Made by a program: the position numbers and the translations under genes. A stretch of DNA of 64,000 bases, from the IMG/VR virus record IMGVR_UViG_3300025652_000061, positions 878 to 64,877 of that record; one strand, written 5' to 3'. Of the stretch, positions 47,501 through 53,870 are shown in pieces. The stretch comes from a virus. Its lineage: Duplodnaviria; Caudoviricetes. A model generated the notes under the pieces. That model did not search any database, was not told the origin of the DNA, and worked only from the letters and a program-made list of their open reading frames with translations. The number at the start of each line of letters is the position of its first letter. Position 1 is the stretch's first letter.

Positions 47501-50500
47501 GAGCTTGGGGTCTTCTTCTCTTCGAACCGAGACCTAGCTCAGGATTATGCAAAGGGCAGGGCAGAGATGTCTAGGGTGGCCGATGAGCAGATGCGAGAGC
47601 GGGGGGTTGTGAGAGACGATGTTCGTCAGGGGGACTATGTGCCGTCTGTGTATGCAGCATTCTTGGACATGAAGAATCCCTACCGCTTCGACGGCAAGGG
47701 CAAGTTCTACCCTGACTACTACAACGAGGTGCCATACCTTGAAATCTGGCCTAACTATGGCAAGAGCGGTAAGCGGGCTGTCACGGCATATCTAGGAGAT
47801 AATACCGCGTACGAAACTCCGTATGATGGAGTGGTGGCAGAGAACGTAATCGACTACCACTCGTTTGCTTCTCAACCAGACTTTGACCCCCTTGGAGACA
47901 CCGTCATTGTCCCCTTCTCCTCCAAGCCCACCATCAAGCTGGCTGACGGGAGCAACACCACGTTTAGTACCGATGACTCTCGCATAAGTAGGCAGATTCC
48001 GCCTAGCCGTCAGGTGGAGAAGAACGTAGAGGAAGCCTTCCGAGAGGGCACACCGTTTGAGGCGTCGGACTTTGAGGTGAAGTCATCGCAGCAGAAGCTA
48101 GAGCGATTGGCTCAGCCCGACGACAGCATGCAGGACATCATCGACCGGGGACGGGAAAGGTATATGCCTGACTCCGTAATCGTGGCGGTGCTCATCAAGA
48201 AGTACGGACGGAAGAACATGAAGGCCATCAGTAATGCAATGGCCATCAACTACGACATTTTCCGTGCCATGCCCAAAGTCTTTGGTGATGTCAAAGGTGG
48301 TCTAAAGGCAGGCAGAGAAATCTATATCGACGTCATGAAGGCGCTCGATGAGTTTGCTTCACCGAAGAAGGAGAAGCTTAAGCCACTGAGAGGAAAGGTC
48401 CGTAATGATAGGATTGCGGAGTTGCGTAAGGAGTTCCCGAAGGAGGAAGAGAAGAGCGATAAGCAGCTCCTGAAAGACCACCCGCGCAAGGTGAAGCTAA
48501 TAGCACCAACCAAGGCAGAGGTGGTAGCCAAGGCGATGGAGCTACTGACGGAGAACCCAGAGTTTAAGAAGCAGACGCCCGACTTGCAGGATAAGATGGT
48601 CGTAGGCTTTAACAGGGCTATGAGTACCCGCGCCAACAAGGGCATACAAAACAAGTTGCGCGAGCTGCGTAACAACATCAGTATGCGTAAGCAGGGAGCC
48701 AAGGCGGCTGCCGAGGTGAAGAATCAGATGCGAGCCCTGATGGAAGAGGCTTTGCCAAAAGCTGTGTATTCTAAAGGTGAGGTCAAAAGGATGCTTGGCA
48801 TCATCGATAGGGTCAATGAGAAAAACTATCAGGTAGAGGCAGAGAAACTTATCTCGGTCATAGAATCCAAGAGGCAGGAGATGAGCAACAATGTCCTGAA
48901 GGACATACAACGCTTTGTTCGTAAGGCCGCACGCACATACAAAACCTCATCAGGTAGGGTGCGTACCCGTGGCTTAGACGCCGCCGGACAGGCTTATTTC
49001 CAAGAGGCGGAGAGGGTGATGCTCGCCATAAAGAACAACGATGTCGAGACGCTAGGGCGGATGGCAGAAGAGCACGCAAATAACGCGCTCGTCAACGAGC
49101 TGATTAACGCTCGCAACGAGGGCGCCAAGCTTACCGTAAAGGAACAGTCGCTACTCGATAGGGTCAGCGCATACGATATGTTCATCCGCCTGCTCGACAT
49201 GAACCTCGAAGAGAGGGAGGCCGTGCTCGAAGACTTGCGTATCAACGAGGGTTTCTCCCGCTTTGCTCTCAACCAGCAGCGACTCATCAATGCACGCAGG
49301 GCAGAAGCCCTACGTCAAGGTGCAGCGGAAGACGTAGCGTCAAACTACGGGTCTATTATCCTCGGTCCCGATGGGCTTCCGATGAACGACAATGAGATTG
49401 GTGCCAAGCGTAGCGTAATCCTAGCGCGGTGGAAGGACTCTACCGCACGGGAGAAATACGACATGCTCAAGGACTTGATGAAGACCATGAGTCAAGAGAG
49501 CGCGGGAAAGTTGGCCAAAGGTCTTAGGCAAGGCATCCACCTAGGTACATATTCCAGCATCCTCGGAGACTACTTCTACGAGAACATCTTCTCTTCGGTC
49601 AACAGGATGGAAGAGGAGTACAACAGGGGGGTAATCAACCTGTCTGCAAAAATAGATGAGCTGGCCAACAGCATCGACGGTATTGAAGACGGGTATGCGG
49701 AGATAGCGGAGCTGGCGATGTCCAACACAAAGATGTTTACCCTGAACATGAAGGGTAGGCAGCAGGCTTTCTTCATGGATAGCCTCATGCGGCTGTATGC
49801 TTTGTCTTTGAACCCATTACAGAGGCAGCGCCTTGTAGAGATGGGCATAGACATGTCTGAGCTCGACGCCATCATAGACCCTAGGCTCAAGGAGTTTGTA
49901 GAGAAGACGGTAGACTTCCTGTCCAACGAATACTACGAGGGCATCAACGATGTATACCGTAGCGTCAATAGCGTTAATCTCCCACACATAGAGAACTACT
50001 TCCCTACACAAACGCTGGTGCCGACAAAGGTTTCTATCAATGAGCTGAAGGAGGGGTTGTTGGGCATGCCGTCAGCACAGACGGCATCGGCTTTGAAGTT
50101 GCGTACCGCAACTACGGGTGAGATTGCCCTTGGCTCCGAAGCGGGTGGCCTCAGCTTTTTCCAAGTGCTGGAACAGCACAACAAAAGCATGGAAAGGTTC
50201 AAGGCTTTTGCGGAAGGAACGAGGGACATCAATAGCATCCTTTCCACACAAGAGTTGCGCTCGCTGCTTACGGTATTCAACGGTAACCAGATGCTGAACC
50301 TGTTGGTCAACAACAGTGTCAACCCCGAGCAATTTGTTTCGGAGATGTCGTATCCACTTGCGGATTGGATGACTAAAAAATTCACCTTTGCCGCGCTGGC
50401 CTTCAAGGTGTTTCAGGCATTCAAACAATTTGCGTCTATCCCCATGGCTTTTGAGGGGTACAAGTATCGCCCTGACTCCAACAGGTTTACTGACGCCCTG

Positions 50501-51478
50501 ATGTTTAGCTTCGATGTGGCTCGCCTTACAGTACACATGCTGGCTGAGCTCGCTACGCTAGGGAAATACAAGGGACCTGTAGCCGAGGCTATGGATATAT
50601 CGGCTACGTTCCAGCAGCGGGTAAAGCAAGGATTCAGCGGAGACATATACACCTTGGAACAAGGCAGCGTAGGCATACGAAACCCACGCGATAAGTTCAA
50701 AAAGGGACAGCGGTTTGTGAAGGGCATGGAACGGGCTGGCGGTATGACCACGGCCATCGGAGATATCGGTGGTGTGATGGGATACTTTGTCAACTACCGC
50801 CGCAACATTGAGAACGGGATGTCAAAGGAGGAAGCTCTGGAGAAGTTCAACGACTTCAATGTGACACAGCAGTCGCGCCGACCTTCGGAAAGGGTTCCGG
50901 TACAGATTTATCAGAACGGAATATTGCGGCTATTCACAGCCTTCGGAAGCACATACTTCCTCTATGCCAACAACACTATTCAGGCCGGAAACAAAATCCT
51001 GAGGGCCATAAGAAAGGGAGAGAAGCCAAGCTCGAAGGACGTGCGCCGCTTCTACCTTAACGCAATATATGGTCACGTAATATGGACGATGGCAGCCAAC
51101 GCTTCTCTGCTAATTAAAGGAGATAAAGAAGACAGAGAGAAGGCGTTGAAGAGAATGCTTGTGTCTCCCTTGGGTCCCCTTACTCTTATACCCATAGTTG
51201 GTGCTCAAGTGAAGCAAGTCATGAACGCTCTCGCCGGCGACGACTTTAAAGCGTCGGTTGGTTTGGACCCACTGGAAGGCTTAATACGTGAGGTCAAAAA
51301 ATCATTTAAAGAAGAGCGTTACGGGCGTGCCGTGTCCGAGATATTTGAGTACGGACTGGGAGTCAACTTTGATATGTTCCGTGGTCTGTATAAGATAGCG
51401 GAAGGAGAAGAGGTTACCGAGGGTACCTATGAAGCTCTGGGAATACCGAAGACAACAAGGCCGGAGTCAGACGAGTGA
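38549..51478 (+). CDS. Giant polyvalent internal virion protein (zincin peptidase, GNAT x2-3, ADP-ribosyltransferase-like x2, DUF7178-like HhH-glycosylase-type domain)
   Basis: 4309 aa; HETFH..EEFVAE; QRQGVATQL and KSQGAGTRF..FYSRFGF; YGEGIYFT and FKNWFGDWE..VVYHGS..GVFFS..YDGV; AVLSPQNDW..KVRNFYNN..VTADTHA..MQSITW. Confidence 0.85.
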   Translation: MTEVRLGPDNASFTEKVNNEYTKNIYRYVTEIDKSLSKDLSEIDFERAVQDEAYATEMYGFISSHDNTFKEDVSLEQFLSSVKKKELEQPTESVSEDGLSESQLATRPIESERILGGLSDRRFEVQQEAEQRKLSGIPEDEPIDLPESFVVADEFYTPEQRALRQRRIDEFDLQGDAEEFRRYQELMDAQGEVEIPELTTVLQNTNVSQDSVDALRMAYGQYGFRFEGDVADGNGTIVAYNNYFGDAAAIELKVHNGEVLGIEQLNVFLSNNKAPVNAVTPQERSEAERALRIQEMRRGSRKQLDGRVDTHNLSFVEQNGKYLVFPTLFPKDPTSTLSNPSAWLDLNEEQALDEAKRRDEVLFVNTEEEAKALVDGSWQDFDTMDLEGERLYREYGRDYYAERQAGRDLQDMMDEYKAIETLEYGTRVEDNELVRKYPQYFIDGNMVRDDMGDKKKELELSIDILSEQMDEEELERLNEDFDSILDTRLSERATRAASIGRDARILMDDAKVRAQTQFGLNIEDLVGSEAADPREFQEKLNIVETYAAGAKERFQAAQMYEQAELYFDKKLNKQITGILVDGASNSWNNEWERSVARGEAGILLTSMHFGLGPNASREDVVRAAGQMLDHENKNTGRSKARVNDAATWGQTKDAFFESPLDYTAAVLSESIGMLMPQVFNWRTGGMMAAGAGVGALTAGPGGALAGAIEGLGYAATGAFAIAEYGLEMGQAFIDVAMEEGYDLKDPIQAMRAAQDLEMWERAEKRGHQRGVPIAIASALSNLAAGRIITASKYLPGRVRIPAQAAGVMAERVTIDPLFEMAGEYGALVSSGQFTGSTANWKEIYAEGLGAMGQGAPMAVLNTASRMVRENRFKMAVGLMDIGSLSEERANLGMIQRWVNNMEKLEKISPEMAEYIRRNVGLLREANVLLGRKPNSRGRFADPEVTARLVRLLEAKKIIEGDGRSSQQNQSGAFSELLSRINDEIAETVRTGRLSEEGVELNPSQREFTPGMEPDLSQEEELELLVAKARPGVYQIDGSFMDRVKFVNTIKEEKDIRKLKKAVVLNDPLVASLLKIQQNAIQKRKATPLPVGEQAQSSEEVDEEVRVDPPTQEELDDYKEGSLTSERISLIEGDIVEILASKGELDAIQQQFYEFNAEEIDRRVTEFNAFVEDNVITEDGKPVTKENLGIIAKAKNAVAALAKNFPEVKVVLHDTRESYEKASKDTTGSGTYLWDQKEIHIDLTTANDRTVAHETFHAVLRNSIDESDVRALMDDFVETLLKVLPEDSDILSRLNEFMQRYEEGVRSEEFVAEFFGMVADAYPELDVKEKGVVARFLERLASMLNIELNLSTDLNKRDKQILSLLETLSGKVAEGKTITKREISAFKGLTETKKKTDPEVEVESVLPKRSTLGFSDKELVLQSEREFGKNGAVGVYVDPDTGEIAAVVAIPDKTSDANYLGYKRLYENGKATNKFAIKADLSTAEKGSTRPAFEAAVESLPDDHVLVEADNISSDGITLWLNQLRNKYAPTGNVFTVPVNVAGTKVDLGGQPAPGRDVFNRGFFSKGEANSAEAKLNDLIKDIPGAKITRKSEANNLFSFEVTLPELGRSSTSGVSSQQLALDNLRASQQRSSEYKDSDIEALAFEGILAHFTVANIREFEPGRGRVQYYGEGIYFTGRRSYASLFSFLSTNEMVSFVDVSKMNLLTIHNSYNVSAELENQIVDMLMEMGPAYDWRGGLMNRQEVFDMLFDSENPGLTPLFRVHSQVVRMGLNKEAARIPAPKNVDANAGQYVRPLFEKFFPEYQGIVNREDRENGLPIDVVVWDYDAINKNIVSAPLNRLKNIRNLSASEEKLTRPRWGGRSSQQVNVESNEDGSFTFRTEGGRLDAFLDGNVVTLDNIFVEPDVQRQGVATQLVDAAMDEFRDEESLSVVDEDGNTIEEPQPFIIAIGTRVTAEGDAFYDAVIDGIEAFNRRNDSKPEFNEDGLSEVRMSRQMGLEEATQEWVEENFKNADAGLREFLVEFVKQPGVRLFLNPIGGGFFYANQDKGSTELDVRTSIYMERGLVYLDLLEVVAGDKSQGAGTRFMQDFVAALDASNQSAELLAWPPKWYQQGMSDEEMEAISKRLQSFYSRFGFTPKSKFDDNSMTREPGAVPKERTALEERTARERANVLTSIADTRTKKNVLGHIIAQTYDVYSEQYEDKTEFARIDRAVDPYDEGVLATDLYSGRVTAEQIEEINDEYGDGLINEDGFAENFEDFVDSDIVDDYVDLVIEEKEISGRLRNVERRVKEEGEAAGRRERRLGKLEDNTMALEHILAVNEDVYGRTETDVYNQYEAYLEGRLDEADKEYLRSLELGIDVETGEVDNASNLYDVFQELQDVREQRNDLERRSSQQRAMETDGTGLDVQGTEEVVTGEVSPTVLDKKNQELTDDYRLEDAVGTIKSVASRAVSAARKAAAGKVSYNKRNPRTGKVKVITVEYPYQNKKLLSLLNRRTNAAKKATGKKKAALMERVKETTSQILDEFVDTMTENILAVYDTLTPEFIEASKEWYVGANRVANELARKYNISPEQAGAVLAVLSPQNDWFNNISVAERAIEVMSKHSNTPFSREIFEKALDKNKTGAWSSFLKDAFARYEGMTLEQMNEQGVALATQTVILRAIDQALYPGKVLLTDPDGRFLGFDTTPVRWGATSEIAKAISAFRNPDIDSIRMNLGYGNKVRNFYNNIVDPNSSYPYVTADTHAVAVAMSTPMSADDAGGVGLFDGGFSPMYMLVKEAYINAAEIAGIRPREMQSITWEAVRVGMNNANRTAAAVEKNKSKLKSLVENENVSPYEAARRILINNPSVNPEWATARGIQVQIPDLREGVREKAESRGRDILSLRGRSGRDVGDTGAGVGVQPTEDRSSQQRLAPNGKPSNLTPEQYDLVRTEAFKNWFGDWENDPKNASKIVDDNGEPMVVYHGSVDPDIQEFSEEGARERRRSGLNELGVFFSSNRDLAQDYAKGRAEMSRVADEQMRERGVVRDDVRQGDYVPSVYAAFLDMKNPYRFDGKGKFYPDYYNEVPYLEIWPNYGKSGKRAVTAYLGDNTAYETPYDGVVAENVIDYHSFASQPDFDPLGDTVIVPFSSKPTIKLADGSNTTFSTDDSRISRQIPPSRQVEKNVEEAFREGTPFEASDFEVKSSQQKLERLAQPDDSMQDIIDRGRERYMPDSVIVAVLIKKYGRKNMKAISNAMAINYDIFRAMPKVFGDVKGGLKAGREIYIDVMKALDEFASPKKEKLKPLRGKVRNDRIAELRKEFPKEEEKSDKQLLKDHPRKVKLIAPTKAEVVAKAMELLTENPEFKKQTPDLQDKMVVGFNRAMSTRANKGIQNKLRELRNNISMRKQGAKAAAEVKNQMRALMEEALPKAVYSKGEVKRMLGIIDRVNEKNYQVEAEKLISVIESKRQEMSNNVLKDIQRFVRKAARTYKTSSGRVRTRGLDAAGQAYFQEAERVMLAIKNNDVETLGRMAEEHANNALVNELINARNEGAKLTVKEQSLLDRVSAYDMFIRLLDMNLEEREAVLEDLRINEGFSRFALNQQRLINARRAEALRQGAAEDVASNYGSIILGPDGLPMNDNEIGAKRSVILARWKDSTAREKYDMLKDLMKTMSQESAGKLAKGLRQGIHLGTYSSILGDYFYENIFSSVNRMEEEYNRGVINLSAKIDELANSIDGIEDGYAEIAELAMSNTKMFTLNMKGRQQAFFMDSLMRLYALSLNPLQRQRLVEMGIDMSELDAIIDPRLKEFVEKTVDFLSNEYYEGINDVYRSVNSVNLPHIENYFPTQTLVPTKVSINELKEGLLGMPSAQTASALKLRTATTGEIALGSEAGGLSFFQVLEQHNKSMERFKAFAEGTRDINSILSTQELRSLLTVFNGNQMLNLLVNNSVNPEQFVSEMSYPLADWMTKKFTFAALAFKVFQAFKQFASIPMAFEGYKYRPDSNRFTDALMFSFDVARLTVHMLAELATLGKYKGPVAEAMDISATFQQRVKQGFSGDIYTLEQGSVGIRNPRDKFKKGQRFVKGMERAGGMTTAIGDIGGVMGYFVNYRRNIENGMSKEEALEKFNDFNVTQQSRRPSERVPVQIYQNGILRLFTAFGSTYFLYANNTIQAGNKILRAIRKGEKPSSKDVRRFYLNAIYGHVIWTMAANASLLIKGDKEDREKALKRMLVSPLGPLTLIPIVGAQVKQVMNALAGDDFKASVGLDPLEGLIREVKKSFKEERYGRAVSEIFEYGLGVNFDMFRGLYKIAEGEEVTEGTYEALGIPKTTRPESDE
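41781..41915 (+). CDS. Nested out-of-frame basic protein MPFKSEKQRRYLWANKPSLAKKWTKKYG... (44 aa)
   Basis: +1 frame of the giant gene; A-rich leader; matches from memory the MPFKSxxQRR small phage protein family. Confidence 0.75.
   Translation: MPFKSEKQRRYLWANKPSLAKKWTKKYGSTPPRKKSLMTTRKAR
41907..41920. repeat. Perfect-palindrome variant GCTCGTTAACGAGC
   Basis: One mismatch to the consensus; contains the TAA of the nested gene. Confidence 0.8.
43371..43384 (+). repeat. Dispersed palindrome, copy 6
   Basis: Exact match; at a module junction of the giant gene. Confidence 0.95.
47043..47276 (+). CDS. Candidate nested out-of-frame protein (77 aa; ...FERELGRKPNREDAIYYLYGDAPEETWETPVPEWVFSLP...)
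   Basis: +1 frame looks globular while the main frame is an R/G-rich linker. Confidence 0.5.
   Translation: MKQQEESLSTTPASTLSGQQQEESKSKFLTFERELGRKPNREDAIYYLYGDAPEETWETPVPEWVFSLPKTAPRSSD
49087..49100 (+). repeat. Dispersed palindrome, copy 7
   Basis: Exact match; encodes LVNE. Confidence 0.95.
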
Positions 51479-51616
51479 CCAGTGTATATCGATAAAGCGA
51501 ACGTCGCAGTCCTCGTTCTTGCAGCGCCAAGAGACCATAAGTAAATCGGTGTCTCCGTCTTTGGAGTCGTGGTCACCGGTCCACGTCATGGTCTTACGGC
51601 ACTCCGGGCACTTCAT
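51467..51616 (-). CDS. 49-aa zinc-ribbon-like protein (MKCPECRK...WRCKNEDC)
   Basis: Manual translation; CxxC and CxxxxC; ATGA-coupled. Confidence 0.75.
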   Translation of the reverse strand: MKCPECRKTMTWTGDHDSKDGDTDLLMVSWRCKNEDCDVRFIDIHWSLV

Positions 51617-52125
51617 AGTCCGTTGTATATCCTGTTCAATCGGATGAGCACCTCTTGTTCTGTCCCGGGCTTGGTGCGTTCTCGTACCAAGTCTATCAAT
51701 CGCTCGAGACGGCGCTCGCTCTTGACGTGCTTACGCAGGTCCTGATACTTGTCGAGTATCTCTTCGTAGTCCTTCTGTAGCTCTAAGAACTTACCTCTCA
51801 ACTCAGGTGGAGAGTAGTAGAATACGGGGTCTTCGCCGATGTACTCTTCGCGGGCATAGATGTATTTCTTTCGGAAGGGCTTGTTGGTCTCTAACAACAT
51901 CTCTCCTTTCCGTATGTAATGAAGGACGGTAGAGTGGTTGCGACCAAGGATGCGACCGATGTGTGTTGGCGTAACTCCCTGCTCGTTGACGAGCATAGAG
52001 AAACATATACGGGAGTCAACGTATCGACGCTCCCGACACCGGCTGTATACATCACCGTGAAAGCACACGAAACAAATATCGGCAAGGCGACTCACTTGGT
52101 TCGGGTGGTGTGGAGGTTCATTCAT
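51613..52125 (-). CDS. DnaA C-terminal (domain IV)-like HTH protein
   Basis: RERRYVDSR..THIGRILGRNHSTVLHY. Confidence 0.8.
   Translation of the reverse strand: MNEPPHHPNQVSRLADICFVCFHGDVYSRCRERRYVDSRICFSMLVNEQGVTPTHIGRILGRNHSTVLHYIRKGEMLLETNKPFRKKYIYAREEYIGEDPVFYYSPPELRGKFLELQKDYEEILDKYQDLRKHVKSERRLERLIDLVRERTKPGTEQEVLIRLNRIYNGL
51981..51994 (-). repeat. Dispersed palindrome, copy 8
   Basis: Exact match inside the DnaA-CTD-like gene. Confidence 0.95.
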
Positions 52126-52433
52126 TGTAATATTAGTTTTTTGTCTATCATCATGTCGAGGTATTCGTCACAATCGATGGTAGTAAAATCAAGGAGAACA
52201 GGTACCCATTCCTCAACATTGTAGTACTCAATCTTGTAGTATAGGTCGCCGTCGACGCGGCCACCCGCTTCGGAGGTGTCCTCTTCATTGAACTCGAAGT
52301 ACTCTAGCGAATCCTTTATCTGCTTCAGTACGCGAACCCGATGCTTTGGCGCGACCTTCATGATGCCGTCGACAAAGGCTTCGTCAATCTCATACGGTTC
52401 TTCAACCTCGATATACTTCTGTTTCGATACCAT
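52122..52433 (-). CDS. Hypothetical protein
   Basis: 103 aa; coupled. Confidence 0.75.
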   Translation of the reverse strand: MVSKQKYIEVEEPYEIDEAFVDGIMKVAPKHRVRVLKQIKDSLEYFEFNEEDTSEAGGRVDGDLYYKIEYYNVEEWVPVLLDFTTIDCDEYLDMMIDKKLILQ

Positions 52434-52641
52434 GTTGTCTCAGCTCTTTCATGCGGTACTCCTGAAGCTTAGACACCTTGCCCGTTGGCCTCTTGACTTC
52501 GGAGAAAAGAACGCCACTGTTAGGGGGTATAGCTACGAGGTCGGGGATGCCGTTCTTGTTGGTCTTGATGAGCTTAATGACATAGTAGCCTTCCTCTTCC
52601 AATTCCTTGATTCTCCGCGACTGTATCTGCTGCTCCGTCAT
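52402..52641 (-). CDS. VRR-NUC / Holliday-junction-resolvase-type endonuclease
   Basis: GIPDL..FSEVKRP.GKVSKLQ. Confidence 0.88.
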   Translation of the reverse strand: MTEQQIQSRRIKELEEEGYYVIKLIKTNKNGIPDLVAIPPNSGVLFSEVKRPTGKVSKLQEYRMKELRQHGIETEVYRG

Positions 52642-52646
52642 CTTAC

Positions 52647-53870
52647 CTACAAGGTAAGAACGTCCCTTCGAAAGTGACTCAACGTGTAGTCCTTCTTACC
52701 TGACACCGCTTTGTGGATTTTTGTTTCTATGCCACGTTCCGCGAATACCCAATAGATGTCGCTCTCTTTTCTGTCCTTGGTCGTCATCCTATCTCGCGAC
52801 TGCCAGTAGCTGGTGGCGGAGAAGTCGATGTTGTAGTACACGAGCGCCGAAGCCTTGCGTAAGCTGATGCCCTCGCGGCCACTGACTATCTGCAACGCAA
52901 TGCTTTTGTCGGTAGTATCAAACTCGGTAAGGTCGGTGGTTAGCTCGTCGCCATAGACGTTCTTCAAAGCCTGTAGCTCAGCCTTGAACTTGTAGAAGAT
53001 GGCAACCTTGTCTGACCTAAACCTGTCGTGGATATACTGCGCCTTGCTGTGGTCGAAGACCATATACCCCCCGCTCTCAAACTTCACCGTACCCGAGTAC
53101 ATCTGGTGTAGCTTCTGCATAAGCTTGACCGGGGTATCGGCGAGCACAACCTCTTCCTTCCCGTCGATGACGCGGTGCTTGCGTAGCTCCGAGCACATTC
53201 TGTATGTCCTGTCTTCCATAGGTACGCGGAGGATATGCTCGTTGAGCTGACTCTGAAAGCCCGCGTCCTTTTGACTGAAGCTAATCATGTACGGCTTCAT
53301 GGCCAGAAGGATAGACGGCAGTCCCTTGTCGTAGAACTTCATTGGCAACGAGTTGATGACGCGCTCCTGAACGTCGACGTAATCGTCAGCAAAGCGGTAG
53401 AAGTTTTTGTACCCACGGAAGGGGTTGGTGTCTATCCCATAGACCTGATGGTACATCTGGCTGTACGACTCCGGAGTAGGGGTGCCGGACAGCAAGATGA
53501 CGAACCTGTTGCGCGTCATATCCCGCACGGCTTTAGCTCTCTTACTAGCCTTAGGGAAGGCCCCAAGCCCGTGTGCCTCGTCCAAGATGATGAGGTCCCA
53601 GTTAATCTTCGGGAGCTTATGCATGCTCTCGTAGTTGATGGCGAAGAATTCATACGGGAGACACAGCTTCTTGGCATCTTCTCCGATGCTACCCAACGCC
53701 TTCTTCTTGGTCAGGAACAGCACGCTCTGGACACCCATCTCCTCAGCTATCTTCAGTGAGGTGATGGTCTTGCCCGTGCGCACCTCCATGGCGAGGTATA
53801 CAAATTTGTGCTTCCTGAGTATGACCTTGGCCTTGTCAACAATGGTCCGTTGATAGCTCCTTAACTCCAT
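52647..53870 (-). CDS. SF2 (SNF2-like) DNA helicase
   Basis: RTGKT, ILDEAH, LSGTPTPE, WQSRDR. Confidence 0.9.
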   Translation of the reverse strand: MELRSYQRTIVDKAKVILRKHKFVYLAMEVRTGKTITSLKIAEEMGVQSVLFLTKKKALGSIGEDAKKLCLPYEFFAINYESMHKLPKINWDLIILDEAHGLGAFPKASKRAKAVRDMTRNRFVILLSGTPTPESYSQMYHQVYGIDTNPFRGYKNFYRFADDYVDVQERVINSLPMKFYDKGLPSILLAMKPYMISFSQKDAGFQSQLNEHILRVPMEDRTYRMCSELRKHRVIDGKEEVVLADTPVKLMQKLHQMYSGTVKFESGGYMVFDHSKAQYIHDRFRSDKVAIFYKFKAELQALKNVYGDELTTDLTEFDTTDKSIALQIVSGREGISLRKASALVYYNIDFSATSYWQSRDRMTTKDRKESDIYWVFAERGIETKIHKAVSGKKDYTLSHFRRDVLTL

